Assembly (NCBI GenBank): GCA_028534125.1
Contig: CM052849.1
Location: 3,224,001 to 3,288,000, forward strand
Direction of reading: 5' to 3'
Source: Lama glama
Taxonomy: Eukaryota
DNA length: 64,000 bases
Shown piece by piece: positions 13,747-25,691 of this stretch. The notes below the pieces were generated by a model, which was not told where the DNA came from, made no database searches, and saw only the letters and a program-made list of their open reading frames with translations. Position 1 is the first letter of the stretch; the number at the start of each line of letters is the position of its first letter. The translations under genes were made by a program, and so were the position numbers.

Positions 13747-14099
13747 CCGTACCAGAGGGGCTGGCGCGGGAGGCCGGCTCCCCGGTGACCAGCTCTGGGC
13801 CACCAGAGAGCCCCACTTTGGGTCAGGCCAGACCTGGGTTCCTGGAATGCCACCGAGTCTCAGACAGGTGAGGGCACTGCTTCTTGTGCCTGGCCTGCGC
13901 CAGCCTGGGGCCAGGAGCTAAGCTGCGTTCCCTGCTCAGGCAGGTCAGAGCCCAAGTCGCTGTTGCTGGGATGCCAGGCTCTCAGGGGCTCAAGCCTGGC
14001 CTAGTAGGCGTCGGGCACCTCTGCCCCGTGCCAGGGACGTCTCCACGCTTCTCCCCTACTAGTGCCAACGCTAGGCTTACATGGAATCCTCCGTCCTTT

Positions 14100-14545
14100 T
14101 TCTCTTCGGTCCAGACCGCGGGACCTCCTGCGTGCTCAGGCCCGGCGGGGGCGATGCGGGCTCCCGCGCCCCGTGGTGCCGGTGGTGGGGCTCGCTGCCT
14201 CCAACAGTGCCCTGGGCCTGCGGGTAGCTGACAGGCCGGCCCGCGCTCCGGCCGGTGCCAGGCGGCGAGCTCGGCTCAGCTCGGCTCCGGCTGGGCCTGC
14301 GCTCCAGCTCCGGCTCCCGGGAGCTCGGGCTGCGTCTCAGGCTGCGGCGGCGGCTCCCGCCAGGCTCGGGCGGAGAGCGAGGCTCCGCGCTCTAGGCCCC
14401 GCCTCCACGGCCGCCCCTCGCGCCCCACCCGGAAAATTGGGCCGAGCCCCTCGCGCCACCTCTGGCCAAGCCCCGCCCCCGGGAGGGATGTCCTGCCCTG
14501 CCTCCGCTCCGCCGGCTCGCAGCTCCTCCTCCATCGGCCTAGCGT
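14100..14545 (-). promoter_or_regulatory. SLC35E4: CpG island / SLC35E4 promoter and 5' UTR
   Basis: Very GC- and CpG-rich with GC boxes (ccccgcc), directly upstream of the SLC35E4 start. Confidence 0.8.
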
Positions 14546-15701
14546 CCCCTCCATCAGCAGAGCCCCCTAGCTGGAGTGGTCAGCCTGTCTGTCCCTTCTC
14601 GCCCCACCGGTGGGGGATCAAGCCCCTGCTCACCGAGAGCCAAGGCAAGTCCCCCACAGAGAGGAACACAGGGCGGGAGACCCTGGGGTATCTTTCTGAG
14701 GCAGCCTGATAAAAAGCCCTAGCTTCACAGAAGACTCCAACTTCAAGGACCCCCACCCCACTAGACTTCATCCTAGTACCAGCCTCGGGAACACCCAATC
14801 TCTGGCCACAGTTATCCAGTGGGACCTCCTCAGCCATTAGAATTGACCACTTGCCCCTTAAGGCCACTCCCTTGCCCCACCCTAATAGTAACACCTCCTC
14901 TCTCTTCCAGCCCAGGACGGCCCCCTCGAGGCAGGCAGATGGAAGCTGAATCACCAAGGCCACCCACAGCTGCGGAAGCAGGGTCTTGCCGGCTGGCATC
15001 TATCCCCAGCCAGCGGCCCCTGTCCCATCCCCTGGGCACTCAGAGCTGACTCATAGCTGGACTTCCTGGGGTCTACCCTCTGCCTCTAGCCCTTGCAGGA
15101 CAAAGAGCCCTAGGTGGGCTGGGAGCCAGAGCAGCTGCCACTAAGCCCTTGCCCTTGCCTGGGTCTTGCCTTTCCCATCGTAACAGACGGTTCCTCTCTG
15201 AACTCAGGGTCTGGGAAACAGCACACACTCTCAGAGCAGGACAGGCTGATCAGGATTCCAGGCTGGGCCGTGGCCTCTCTGAGCTCTGGAGTCCAACTGT
15301 GAAAGAATCATAGGTGCCCAGTGCCAGCTGCGAACCTCTTTCCTGATGTTGGGCTTCCTTCTCTGTGTAAGCCCCTTGCCCACTGGGACACGGTTCATCC
15401 CCCTAGCCTGTTGTCTCACCAGTAAGTCCTTGATGACAGCAGCCTGTCTGGAGGAGTAAGACCACAAAGAGGGATGGCTTAATACGGTCTATGTCTCCCT
15501 CTTGTGGTCAGAATGCAGAATTGCTGCAAATGTCCCCTCATCTCCATCCCAATCTTTGGACTGGGATTAAAATCTCCCAGCCCCACTGTTGATTCAGATG
15601 CCCTCTAGTGGGCCCAAGAATGTGCTTTTCTTTTCTTCCATTTGCCTCTGGTGATTCTGATGCCCACAGGAGCTTGCAAATCACTGCTGGATAGTCCAAA
15701 T

Positions 15702-16163
15702 TGTAGGGCGGGAGATTTCTACGTGAAGGCCTGGGTAGGACCTCTGCCTCTACAAGGATTAAATCCTGAGCTGCTTCAGCCGCTGACCTTCAACACACCC
15801 TGAAAGGTGATCAGGAATGAGGCACTCTGTGCTCTGGGAAAACTGGCAGAACAGGCTTCAGATGTTTTCGGGAGAATTTTATGAGCCCTAATTCTTGCAT
15901 CTCCTCATATCTAGAAAAGAACTAAAATCATTAATGGTGACATCTGCTCCTCGTGACCAGAGGCAAGCCTCTGCCAAAATGTGTGCTTGACTGCACGTAC
16001 CCCCCTTCACTGAACTCGTATATAACACTGAGTTCCCCCTGCCTCTTCAGAGCAGCTACTCGGAGCTCTCTGTAATGCTGTCTCCCTGGCTGTAGTCCTC
16101 ATCTTGTCCCAAATAAAACTGAACTCACAACTCTCACGTTGTGGGATGTTATTTCAGCTGACA
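15702..16163 (+). mobile_element. Solo ERV1-like LTR
   Basis: Ends ...ccaaataaaactgaactc...tttcagctgaca; this 3' end resembles the reverse complement of the LTR at 37198. The 5' boundary is uncertain. Confidence 0.7.
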
Positions 16164-16720
16164 GTAGGCCTTGGTGGGAGGGAGCAAGCTCTACACCCTG
16201 GGAGGGTAGCGGGGGGGAGGCTGAAGGCAGAGCCCAAAGCAGGGGTTGTGCAGCAAGTGGGGTGGCGTCCTAACTGTGCTTTGGGGAAAAGCTCTGGGTC
16301 CTGAGCCACCAGTTGAATTTGGACTCTGCCATGTAATCTTAACAATCATTGAAGCCCCCAGTTTTCAGTGCTTGAGTGGAGGAGCCAGGAGGCCACCCTA
16401 GAACAGATCTGTCTCTTAGCCACGCCCCCAGCCTGACACTGTGAGTGAGTCATTCTCCCTCTCTGAGCACCGATTTCCTTGTCTGTAAAGCAGAGAGGAA
16501 AACAGAAGTATGAGCAACCTCAGAGTTGTGCAAGAAATTGTCTAGCATGTACATGCTCCCTAGACAATAATCAACGTCACAACCGCCACATCGGTCCCCC
16601 CAGTACCCCAGAGAACGCTCACCCTGCTCCTGCTCCCTGAGGGGTATCTCCCCCTTTTCTGCTCTAGTCCCTGCATTGGTTCCAAACATGAGGCTCAGGA
16701 TGCTGGGACTCAATCAACTC

Positions 16721-16726
16721 TTTAAT
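16721..16726 (-). other. TCN2: Probable TCN2 polyadenylation signal (ATTAAA)
   Basis: tttaat on the plus strand about 470 nt past the stop codon. Confidence 0.55.
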
Positions 16727-17194
16727 CATTTTAGTGGCCGGATGAAAGCAGCCCTGCAGAGCTCTCTCCGGCTGCTACACCACTTAGAACAGCTCTGGGG
16801 CTGCTTTGATGGCAGAGTGGGGAGCTGGGGTCAGGGCCGCAGAGCTCTCCTCGCAGGACCCCAGTTCCAGAGCGAGCCATACTCACAACGCTGGCGGCAG
16901 CGGCCTTCACCTCCTTGTGCCTAGGTGTCTGAGATGCTTGTGCCCTCCAGCCTCTGAGCAGCCTTCACAGGACGCCAGACCCAGGCAGACAGATCTCCCG
17001 GGGGAGGTGTGGGCTCCCAGCTCAAGGGTGAGTGGTGGCTTAGGACCCCCGCAGGGGTGGTGGCTGGGGTGATCTGGGGACAAGGGCGCAAGAGGAGGCA
17101 GCAGGGTCAGGCATGTGCCTAATACAGGGATATCTGGAGGGAGGGCAGAAGCCCAGGAGGTGTAGGAGGCGGCTGTGGGGCTGAGCCCAGGGGG

Positions 17195-17256
17195 CTACCA
17201 GCTAACCAGCCTCAGCTCGATGGTCTCTCCATCCCTGGGTCTGTAGTCAGCAAGGC
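17195..17256 (-). CDS. TCN2: TCN2 (transcobalamin II) exon 9, last coding exon
   Basis: ctgcag|GC; encodes (G)LADYRPRDGETIELRLVSW-stop; 62 nt. Confidence 0.95.
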
Positions 17257-17945
17257 CTGCAGAAACAGGTTGAGCAGGGGGTTAACAGGGCAGAGTGTCC
17301 CACCCACCAGCCCTACCTTCTGGACTCCTACCCTGTCGCCAGGGTCTGTAAGATGGGCTCAGGGCTTAGCAGTGGGAAATTAGGGACTGCCCAGGGTCAG
17401 TCTGGAGACTCTGAACTCAGTTGTGACCCTGGGGTCGCTGAGACCCACAGGCTCATTTTGCAGTGGGGGAACCCCCAGAGAGCATGGAAGGGTATGGGAT
17501 AGCATGCAGGATACCCAACATGGGGCCAAAGGAACCTGACAACACCTGACGGGCTGGGCCACTGCCTTCATAGTCCCCCCGAGGGGCATCAGGAGGAGGG
17601 ACCTGCTTGTTGTGGTCTGGGGAGAACCAGGACCACGAGTGAAGTCTCCTGGAAGCCAGCCTTTGCTCACTACAGACAATCCAGTCTCCAGCAGGACACT
17701 GGGGTTCAAGCCCCAGCTCTGCACTCACTTGCAGCCCAAAGCACCCTAGTGGATGATATATTCCATGTGGCTATTACAAACAAAGGGGGAGATCTACACA
17801 GAGTGACATAGACAGATGTCCACAATATGCTAAGGCTGAAAAAAATAAGTTACAGTACAGAGAGCTGTGCCATCCGATATGCCAGCCATTAGCCAGATGT
17901 GGCTACTGAGCACTTGAAACCTTAACCAAAAAAAGGCATAAAAAA

Positions 17946-18110
17946 GGGTGGGAGGATATAGCTCAGTGGTAGAGCATGTGCTTAGCATGCACGAGGTCCT
18001 GGGTTCAACCCCTAGTACCTCTGCATAAGTAAATCAGCGCCTAATAAATCAATACCTAATTCTTCCCCCCAAATTTTAAAAATAAAGTTAAAAATTACAA
18101 AAAAAATTTT
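17946..18110 (+). mobile_element. tRNA(Ala)-derived SINE (Vic-1-like)
   Basis: A box tagctcagtgg, B box ggttcaaccc, A-rich tail, near-identical flanks aaggcataaaa/aaggcatgaaa as a probable TSD. Confidence 0.85.
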
Positions 18111-18654
18111 TAAGGCATGAAAAATATGTCATAATCATTTACACCAATTACATCTTGGAATAATATTTTGGATGCATTATTAATATTAGTTTCAGCAACA
18201 ACGAAATTTAGAATGACACATACGGCTCACAGTTTGTTTCGATCAGACAGCACTGCTGTAGAGTATGACTTCATTTTTATGAAAAACAAAAAACAAACTT
18301 ACATATTTGAAAAATTATCTGGAAGAAAATATACCAAAGGTAAAAAGAAGTTATTTCTGGGTATTGAATTATAAGTAGTTTGAATTTTCTTCTTTTTTGC
18401 TTATCTGATTTCCTAGAGTTGCACAATAACATACAGAAAAATTCTTACACTTGAATACATGATACTCAATCTTGAGCATTAGTGATTTTTTTTTGAAGGT
18501 AGAGAAAGTAGTTTTTAATTTTTTTATTATTATTGTTTTGAGCAATAGTGATTATCTGAGGCTGAGGCCCAGGAAAGTTTGGGAGAAAGCTGGGTCAAGA
18601 CTGGGCTGGGGCTGGGGCAGGGTCACATCCAAGGTGGCTGGCCACCAGACTCAC

Positions 18655-18770
18655 CTTGCAGCAGCGGGGTGTTGGGGGCCCTGAGGAGCTGCCAGAACTC
18701 ACGTCCCTCAGCCTTTTTCCCCATTACAGAGGTCAGGTAGGGGCCTGACAAGGAGGCCTGTGTTCCGTAC
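18655..18770 (-). CDS. TCN2: TCN2 exon 8
   Basis: cggtag|G ... YGTQASLSGPYLTSVMGKKAEGREFWQLLRAPNTPLLQ G|gtgagt; 116 nt. Confidence 0.95.
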
Positions 18771-19574
18771 CTACCGAAGGGACAGGCAAAGAGGGAGAAA
18801 AGGTGACATTTGGTCCCCTCAACCCAAGGGCAGAAGTAGAATCACCCCCACAAGGAAAGTGCTGCCCTGACTCTCAGGACCAGCGCTAGCCAAATCTGGG
18901 ACACCTCAGCTTGGGTCTCCCCTCCACCCCTCTTCTCTGGCCCCTCGGACACTGCCCACGCAGGGGACTCCATCCCCTCTGCGTTGTCCACAACCCGGGA
19001 TATGGAGGGTCACCTGTTACATTATTGACCCAGCAGCGCTCCCTTTCCGGGGGCTGAGGTTGCAGGCAAGCCGCCAGCAGCACACAGATGCCAACACCCG
19101 ACCAGACAGGGGACGCCAGCCCTGCAGGGAAGCGGGAGCCCACAAGACGGAGGCAGAGACACACCCCCGGCGGCACTGGGTCTCAGGTTCCAGCAGTTTC
19201 TGTGACTCAGGGGCACTCCCCACTCTTGTGGCTGGATGGCTCCGTCTTCTCTCTGATTCCTACACCCTGCGCTCCCCGTTAGCGGAGAGGGCTGGGGTCC
19301 GATTTCTGACCTTGGCAACCAAGAGGCTCCTTCCTCTCACCACCCCGCCCGGAGCTCCAGACTCTGCTGCCAAAGGGAGCCTCTTAAAGGCTGTGGGCCG
19401 TGCCGTCCTCCCTCCTAAAGGCTTACAAATGGCCTTGGTCTTAGACGGTGAGGGTTTTTATAGTTTTACAAAACAGAAACACAGGGTGACCTAGTCAAAG
19501 GGAGGGTGTCGTTATAGGGAGCAGCCTGTCCCCAGTCATTCCCAGCGTGCAGGGCCCCGTGGCTGCTCGGAGAC

Positions 19575-19660
19575 CTCTCTCTGCCTGCCCGTCTCTCTCC
19601 GTTTCTCTCTCTCTCCTCTCTCTCTCTCTTTTTCTCAGTCTCTCTCTGTCTCTCTTCTTC
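19575..19660. repeat. Imperfect (TC)n microsatellite
   Basis: CT-rich low-complexity run in TCN2 intron 7. Confidence 0.8.
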
Positions 19661-20949
19661 TAGAATCTGGTTTTCTCTGCTGTGCATTCACAGGCCTCGA
19701 ACGTGGCCTCCGGCCTGGCCTCTTAACCTGGCTCAGGCACCCACCTCCACTTCCAAGAGAATTATTTCTCAGATTGGTATCCCTGTTGTCTTCTCAGAGG
19801 TCCTGGAGTTTTGAATAAAGATATTAAGTTCTATTTTTTTTTCTTATTTTGATGACAATGTCCAAACATGAATACCAGCAGGTTCTAGGTAATAATTCCA
19901 GTGCCTGCTGGATGGAGAGAAGCCTGCCAAGGGCCCCCGGTATCTCTCACCCCCAGCGGTGCTGCCCTGCAGGCTACAGCGAAATAGGACAGAAATGGGC
20001 TTGGTAGTGAGTGGAGAGTTCAGGGGCCAGGGAAGAGTCTCTGAGCCATAGCTGCCTGTGCAAACTCAACCTGATGGCAGCTCACATCCAAGGGAGTGCT
20101 GAGAGCGCTGGGCTCACCGGCACCTGCGAGGACACCTGCCCCTCAGCAGATAGTCCTTATTCAAATGTTATTGGTTTCAGAGCTTTCTTTGTATTTAATT
20201 TCTAAAGCTTTAAAGGGGTCTTTGCATATCTCTGGCCTGAAATTCCCTGGCCCAGACGACCCCAAGGCGCCAGCTGTGGGCCTCCCTTGGCAGCAGGACA
20301 CTGTTCTTTGGGAACTCCAGGTGGGGACAGAAGTTGGGGCCCTCTCAAACTGACGCACATCCTCCTAGAAGAGAAGTCTGGGGTCTGGGTGACCTGGTAG
20401 AAGGCACTTATTCTCTGGGCCAGATTCCCCATCGGTTATCACCCCCATCTTACTTAGGCAGAGGCACAGAGCTCAGGAAATGCTTGTGTTCAGACCCGTC
20501 CAATCTCAGGGTTAGAAGCAAGTTTAGGGCTGTTGTCTCACCTCCACGTGCTGCACAGGGCTTGCCCGGGTAATTCACCACTGGGATTAGACCAAGATTG
20601 TTTGATAATAAAAATTCTTATTCTTATGAGAGCTAACCTGTATTGAGTGTTTACTAAGGGCAGGACTCTGCACACAAAAAGCACATACCACGTCCTCTTT
20701 GTGCACTAATTATTCCCAGACTCCTCCATGGGCTCTGTGCTGGGGGTGGGGGTGCACAACTGCCGTCCTCACTGAGTTGCAGGTAAATAACTTGTCTGGG
20801 CCCCGGGCTGGAGAGGGGGGAGCTGGGTTTCCACATGTGGAGGGTCTGCCCCCTCCCAAGGGAGCTCTCTCTCCACCCCTGTCCCATCCGTGTCCCATCT
20901 CAGGGATGCGGGGGTGGCTCGGGTGAGGGCCAGGAGGTAGGGGTCTCAC

Positions 20950-21121
20950 ATGAATCTTCCATGATCCTGGGCCTTCTTCAGGACGTCTTCCAAGGAGGAG
21001 CCAGCAGGGACAGAGATGGACTGTACGTATGGAGAAAGGATGCTGGAGACCTTCAGCGTGACATGGATGACCTCCGGGACTTGGGTCTGTGAAGAGGTCT
21101 CCATAGCTGGCTCCAACGTGA
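20950..21121 (-). CDS. TCN2: TCN2 exon 7
   Basis: cacag|TC ... TLEPAMETSSQ...SISVPAGSSLEDVLKKAQDHGRF AT|gtgaga; 172 nt. Confidence 0.94.
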
Positions 21122-22007
21122 CTGTGTGGAGGAGAGGGGAAGCGGCAGCTGGTCTGAGAGCAGGGGGCCGGACGTCAGCTCTCCTTTCTTCTCTAGGAGA
21201 CGCTGTGGCCCCTCGGCACCTCTGTCTTCCCTGTGGTCCCATGGCAGTCAACACCTCCACCTCCTGAGCAGCTGGAGCCTGGCTGCCTTTCCAGCCTCCC
21301 CTGTCCCCCAGCTCCCACATCCTCCGGCTGCCCAAGGTCAGGCCCCTCAGTGATTTCTCTGCCTCCAGTATCCCCCCCTCACCTATCTGCCACACAGCAG
21401 CCCAGAGGGCTCTTTCTAGAATGTATATTTGTTCATATCAGCCCCTGTTCCCTCTGAGGGTCTCCCCTCCCGTTCACTCTTCTGCCCGCTGCTCCAGCTC
21501 ATTCTCCCAGACTCCACTCTTTAGTAAGCCCCTTCTCCCAATTTCCAATCTTGTCTGCCTCTGCACCTTTGTTCTTGCTGCCTGCTCTCTGCTCTGCCTT
21601 CAGAAGACTCTTATCCGCTGGCAAATCTCACTTGCTGACTGCAGTCCCTCTCCCAGATGAAGCCTTGATTCAAGGAGCTGGGACTCATTTGTTATGATGT
21701 ATCAGAGCTGAGCAAAGTGTGTCTCTCCCCATTCACCTTCCATCCATCCATCCATCCATCCATTCCTGTCACATGAGGGGCTGGAGATTCATGGCCTGCC
21801 CAGAGCTCACCATCTGGTGTCTCACTCCCCACACTCTAAGCTTCTAGACTCTATGACTGCATCTTAGCTGCCAGTGTGTCCCACACCTGCCTGCAAACCC
21901 CTACACGTTAACTCAGCGAATCTGGACTAAGCGACCTCCCCTCACTGGGACATGCAGACTTCAAGGCAGATTGAAAAGAATAGGGCTTCTGTGAAAGGCT
22001 CGGCTAC

Positions 22008-22194
22008 CTCTTGGTGCCTGGCAGTCTGGGAAGATGAGATCCACATAGCTCTTGCGGTTCAGGACTGGCAGCAGCTGAGAAATCATCATAGGATTCCGGA
22101 AGGTCTTGTGCTGCAGGCTGGCCAACAGAGCAGCCTTGGCCTTGAGGCATGCTGCGCCCAGCTCCACCGTGGGTGTGTGTGAGGTCATCAGCAA
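22008..22194 (-). CDS. TCN2: TCN2 exon 6
   Basis: accag|LLMTSHTP...ISQLLPVLNRKSYVDLIFPDCQAPR G|gtagcc; 187 nt. Confidence 0.95.
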
Positions 22195-22302
22195 CTGGTG
22201 ACAGAATGGGCAAGAAGAGGAGGCGGGGGGTCAGCCAGCCCTGTCTGCTCCACCTCCCACCAGCCACCAGGGTGGACCATGGCCCCATGGCCTCCTTCCT
22301 AC

Positions 22303-22475
22303 CTGCAGCGCCAGAGGGGTACTGTAGACGTTCCCGAAGTGGCCCTCGGGGGTCTGGGCCTTCAGGATCTTCTCTTGTACCCTCCCGAGGGCCAGGGTGA
22401 TCCGGTCTCTCTGACTGGGGTTGAGGTTGGACAGCTCCAGACAGGAGAAAGCCAAGCCCGCCATGGCCACGGAGT
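22303..22475 (-). CDS. TCN2: TCN2 exon 5
   Basis: gctag|AC ... (D)SVAMAGLAFSCL...EGHFGNVYSTPLALQ|gtagga; 173 nt; cobalamin-binding family signature. Confidence 0.96.
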
Positions 22476-23536
22476 CTAGCAGGGGACAAAACCCAGTGGG
22501 GTCAGGCCTGGCGGGACCTTGGGGCAACAGGCAATCACAGGGGGGCTTGAGGAAGGGGGCTGATACGGTCAGAGCATGATTTCAGAAAGTTTCCACCAGC
22601 TAGGGGGACCAATCAGCCCCGTTTGCCCACTTTCCGGGACGGCAACCTGGGATGGTCGGTCACCCTATTCCTGTCTGCCGCCTGGGGGTCAGGGGTTAGG
22701 GAAAGAGCCTGGAGAACAGAGGGCAAAGAGGACTTTATCCTACACCACTCATTCCCCAAGCTGCCCGCACTTTGGAATCACCAGGGGATTTTAAAATGGG
22801 CAGATGCCTGGGTCCACTCCAGGTGGTCTAGTTTAACAGGTCCAGGGAGCTGCTTGGGCTCTGGGGGGTTTTAAGCTCCCTGCCGCAAGGGGATTTAATG
22901 TATCCACAGTGCGTTTTCTGTAAGCCTCTGGGGCAGAACAAGTCCCTGCTGGCTTCTGCTCTCTGGGAACCTCCCCTCCCCACCTCTGACCTCCTCCAAC
23001 CTGCCTCCCCCCATGCGAGGCACGCACACTCCAAGAACACAGCCAGGCCTAGAAGAGACCCTGACATCGCGATGACAAGGAAGGGCACTGGAGACCCGAG
23101 GTCACACAGTGAGCTGACCCAGAATCCAGGTCTCAGGCACATCCCAGCTTATCTGATGAGAACATCGTGGCTGGGTGTCCAGAACTCTCTCCCTGATGGG
23201 CACCAGGCTGCGCCCTTTACTTATAAGGTATCTTTTATTGAGCTGCTGCCGAGGGGTTATTTTACCAGAGCAGCTGCACCAGAAAGGCCAGCTGATTTGT
23301 CCACTGGGACCTACAGCAAGTGTGTGATGGAGGGCAGGGTCAGGGTCTGGTCCAGCTCCACTGCGGGCAGCGCTGTGCCACAGTGAGCCCTCCTGTGACA
23401 CTTCTCATGGACTTGACAGGGAGAGGTGAGCAGGGCCTGGGGGCAGAGGCCTTCATCTGGGGTGGGGTTAGAGGAGGGCCAGCCTGGCCTCAGAGGAGGG
23501 GTGTAGGGGGTTGGGGGTGGGGTCTGGCTCACTCAC

Positions 23537-23698
23537 CCACAGAGAGGTGGGCCTGGCGGAGATGCCCTTCATGCTCCACGGCGTACAGGAGCTTGCCCAC
23601 CACGCTGTCATGGACCCGCTTCTGATGGAGGCACAGGGCCAGGATGCCCAGGCTGTACTGGTAGTAGCTCGTGTGGGGGTGGCCCTTGTGATTGTGCC
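23537..23698 (-). CDS. TCN2: TCN2 exon 4
   Basis: Encodes (G)[22 protein letters not shown]...HLSV G|gtgagt; 162 nt; the acceptor is an unusual GAG. Confidence 0.94.
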
Positions 23699-24691
23699 CT
23701 CGGGGAGAAAACCACAGGGTGTGGGCATCATGCTGGGCCTGAGGGGCTGCCCCTCTGCCCTCTCCCACAACCAGCCCTGCCAGCACCGGACCCATTGCCT
23801 ACACCGCCCAACACCCTCCTTTAGGTCGTGGGATCCTTCTTGCCTTCATTCCCTTCGCCCATACTTGCTGAGACCCCGCTGTCAGGCACTGTGCTTGGAG
23901 CATGAACACAGTGACGGCAGGCCTGGCACAGTGCAGCCAGGGCCTCCGAAAATCACATAACCCAAGCTCACAAGACCATGAATTGTGGACCAAGGTCCAT
24001 GGGGCCGAGTAACAGAGGTCTTTGAGTAGCTGGGGAGTTGGGGCAGGATTCTCTGAGGCAGTGATGCTGGGGAGGAAGGGTGAGGAGAGCTAAAGGTGGA
24101 GCTAGAAGGCGAAGGAGACCTTCCAGATAGAGGGAACATATGGGAAGACCCTGGCTGGTGAGCTGAGAGGCCAGTGTGGCCGGAGCCCATGGAGGGGCAG
24201 TGGAATGGGTAGGCCAGAGGGTGGGTGGGCAAAGACTGGAGAGGAGAAAAGGGCAGGCAGGCTGGGCCTGAGGGCTGTGAACACAGCAGTGAGGAGCCCC
24301 TGCAGTGTTTAAACAGCTCTAACAAGATCAGATTTGTATTTAAAACGCTTACTCTGTGTATGCTCGGTGGAGTCAGGAGGCAGGAAAGTTAGGGAGAGAG
24401 GCTGAGGAGTGAGTAGTAAGGAGGCTGCGCAGTTGTCCCAAAGGTGGAAAATCAGGTCTATTTTGGTGCCTGAGCAGCAAGACTTGCCAACAGAGTGCAT
24501 GTGGGGTGCAGGAAAGGCTTGATCAAGGGTGGCTCCTGGGGGAAGCCTGAGCCTCTAGGTAGATATCGAGACAGGCAGATGGAGGGCAGGAAAGAGGCCT
24601 GGGGAGAAAACCCAAAGTTCTGATGTAGATGCTTCACCAGACAGTGTTGTCTGGTGAGCCCTCCCCACCCTGGCAGACCCCATCTCCTCAC

Positions 24692-24861
24692 CAATGGCCC
24701 CCTTCTCGTCCTCCAGGAACCGCTTCAGCTGTGACACCAGCCTGTCCCCCTTGCGGCCTCCGACAAACTCGCAGTTGGCCCGGAGAGCGAGCAGGTAGAG
24801 GGCCAGCTGGCCCATGGAGGGCTTGGCCTCAGAGTCACTGTTGTCATTGCCAGAGGCAGAC
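24692..24861 (-). CDS. TCN2: TCN2 exon 3
   Basis: cccag|G ... KPSMGQLALYLLALRANCEF...EDEKGAI G|gtgagg; 170 nt. Confidence 0.95.
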
Positions 24862-25191
24862 CTGGGACAAAGGCAGTTAACAATACTTCTGTAAGAAAGT
24901 ACCACCCTGGTAAGCCTGGCTTGGGGGGCTCCCCAGCAATATTACAAAGAGGAAAAAAAATCCTAGGAGTTGGAAAGTTTACTAGACCTGCCAAACGTAG
25001 ATCTAGTCAGCCTTGTGCGTTGTGAGGAGTATGCCATGCGTATTTCATAAAGATGGAAAATTAAACTCAAGAACAAACTCTGAGGGCTCTTGCATCCAAA
25101 TGACCTGTGTTTGCCCCACCCTTTGGTCACACTTTGCCTGTACATTCTCCCTTTCTTTCCTCTCCCTGCCCTGCGTCTGCTTCTCAAGAGG

Positions 25192-25691
25192 NNNNNNNNN
25201 NNNNNNNNNNNNNNNNNNNNNNNNNNNNNNNNNNNNNNNNNNNNNNNNNNNNNNNNNNNNNNNNNNNNNNNNNNNNNNNNNNNNNNNNNNNNNNNNNNNN
25301 NNNNNNNNNNNNNNNNNNNNNNNNNNNNNNNNNNNNNNNNNNNNNNNNNNNNNNNNNNNNNNNNNNNNNNNNNNNNNNNNNNNNNNNNNNNNNNNNNNNN
25401 NNNNNNNNNNNNNNNNNNNNNNNNNNNNNNNNNNNNNNNNNNNNNNNNNNNNNNNNNNNNNNNNNNNNNNNNNNNNNNNNNNNNNNNNNNNNNNNNNNNN
25501 NNNNNNNNNNNNNNNNNNNNNNNNNNNNNNNNNNNNNNNNNNNNNNNNNNNNNNNNNNNNNNNNNNNNNNNNNNNNNNNNNNNNNNNNNNNNNNNNNNNN
25601 NNNNNNNNNNNNNNNNNNNNNNNNNNNNNNNNNNNNNNNNNNNNNNNNNNNNNNNNNNNNNNNNNNNNNNNNNNNNNNNNNNNNNNNNNNN
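25192..25691. other. Assembly gap (500 N), probably hiding TCN2 exon 2
   Basis: Round-number N run. Exon 1 ends in phase 1, exon 3 starts in phase 2, and I found no exon-2 sequence in the flanks. Confidence 0.85.

Noticed and set aside
13747-13803. 19-aa N-terminal extension of SLC35E4 in the ORF track
   Set aside because: It starts at GTG; the conserved start is the ATG at 13746.
14062-14709. Ala/Arg/Pro-rich ORFs over CpG islands (also 59502-60122)
   Set aside because: Stop-poor GC-rich sequence gives long ORFs in all frames; no recognisable protein.
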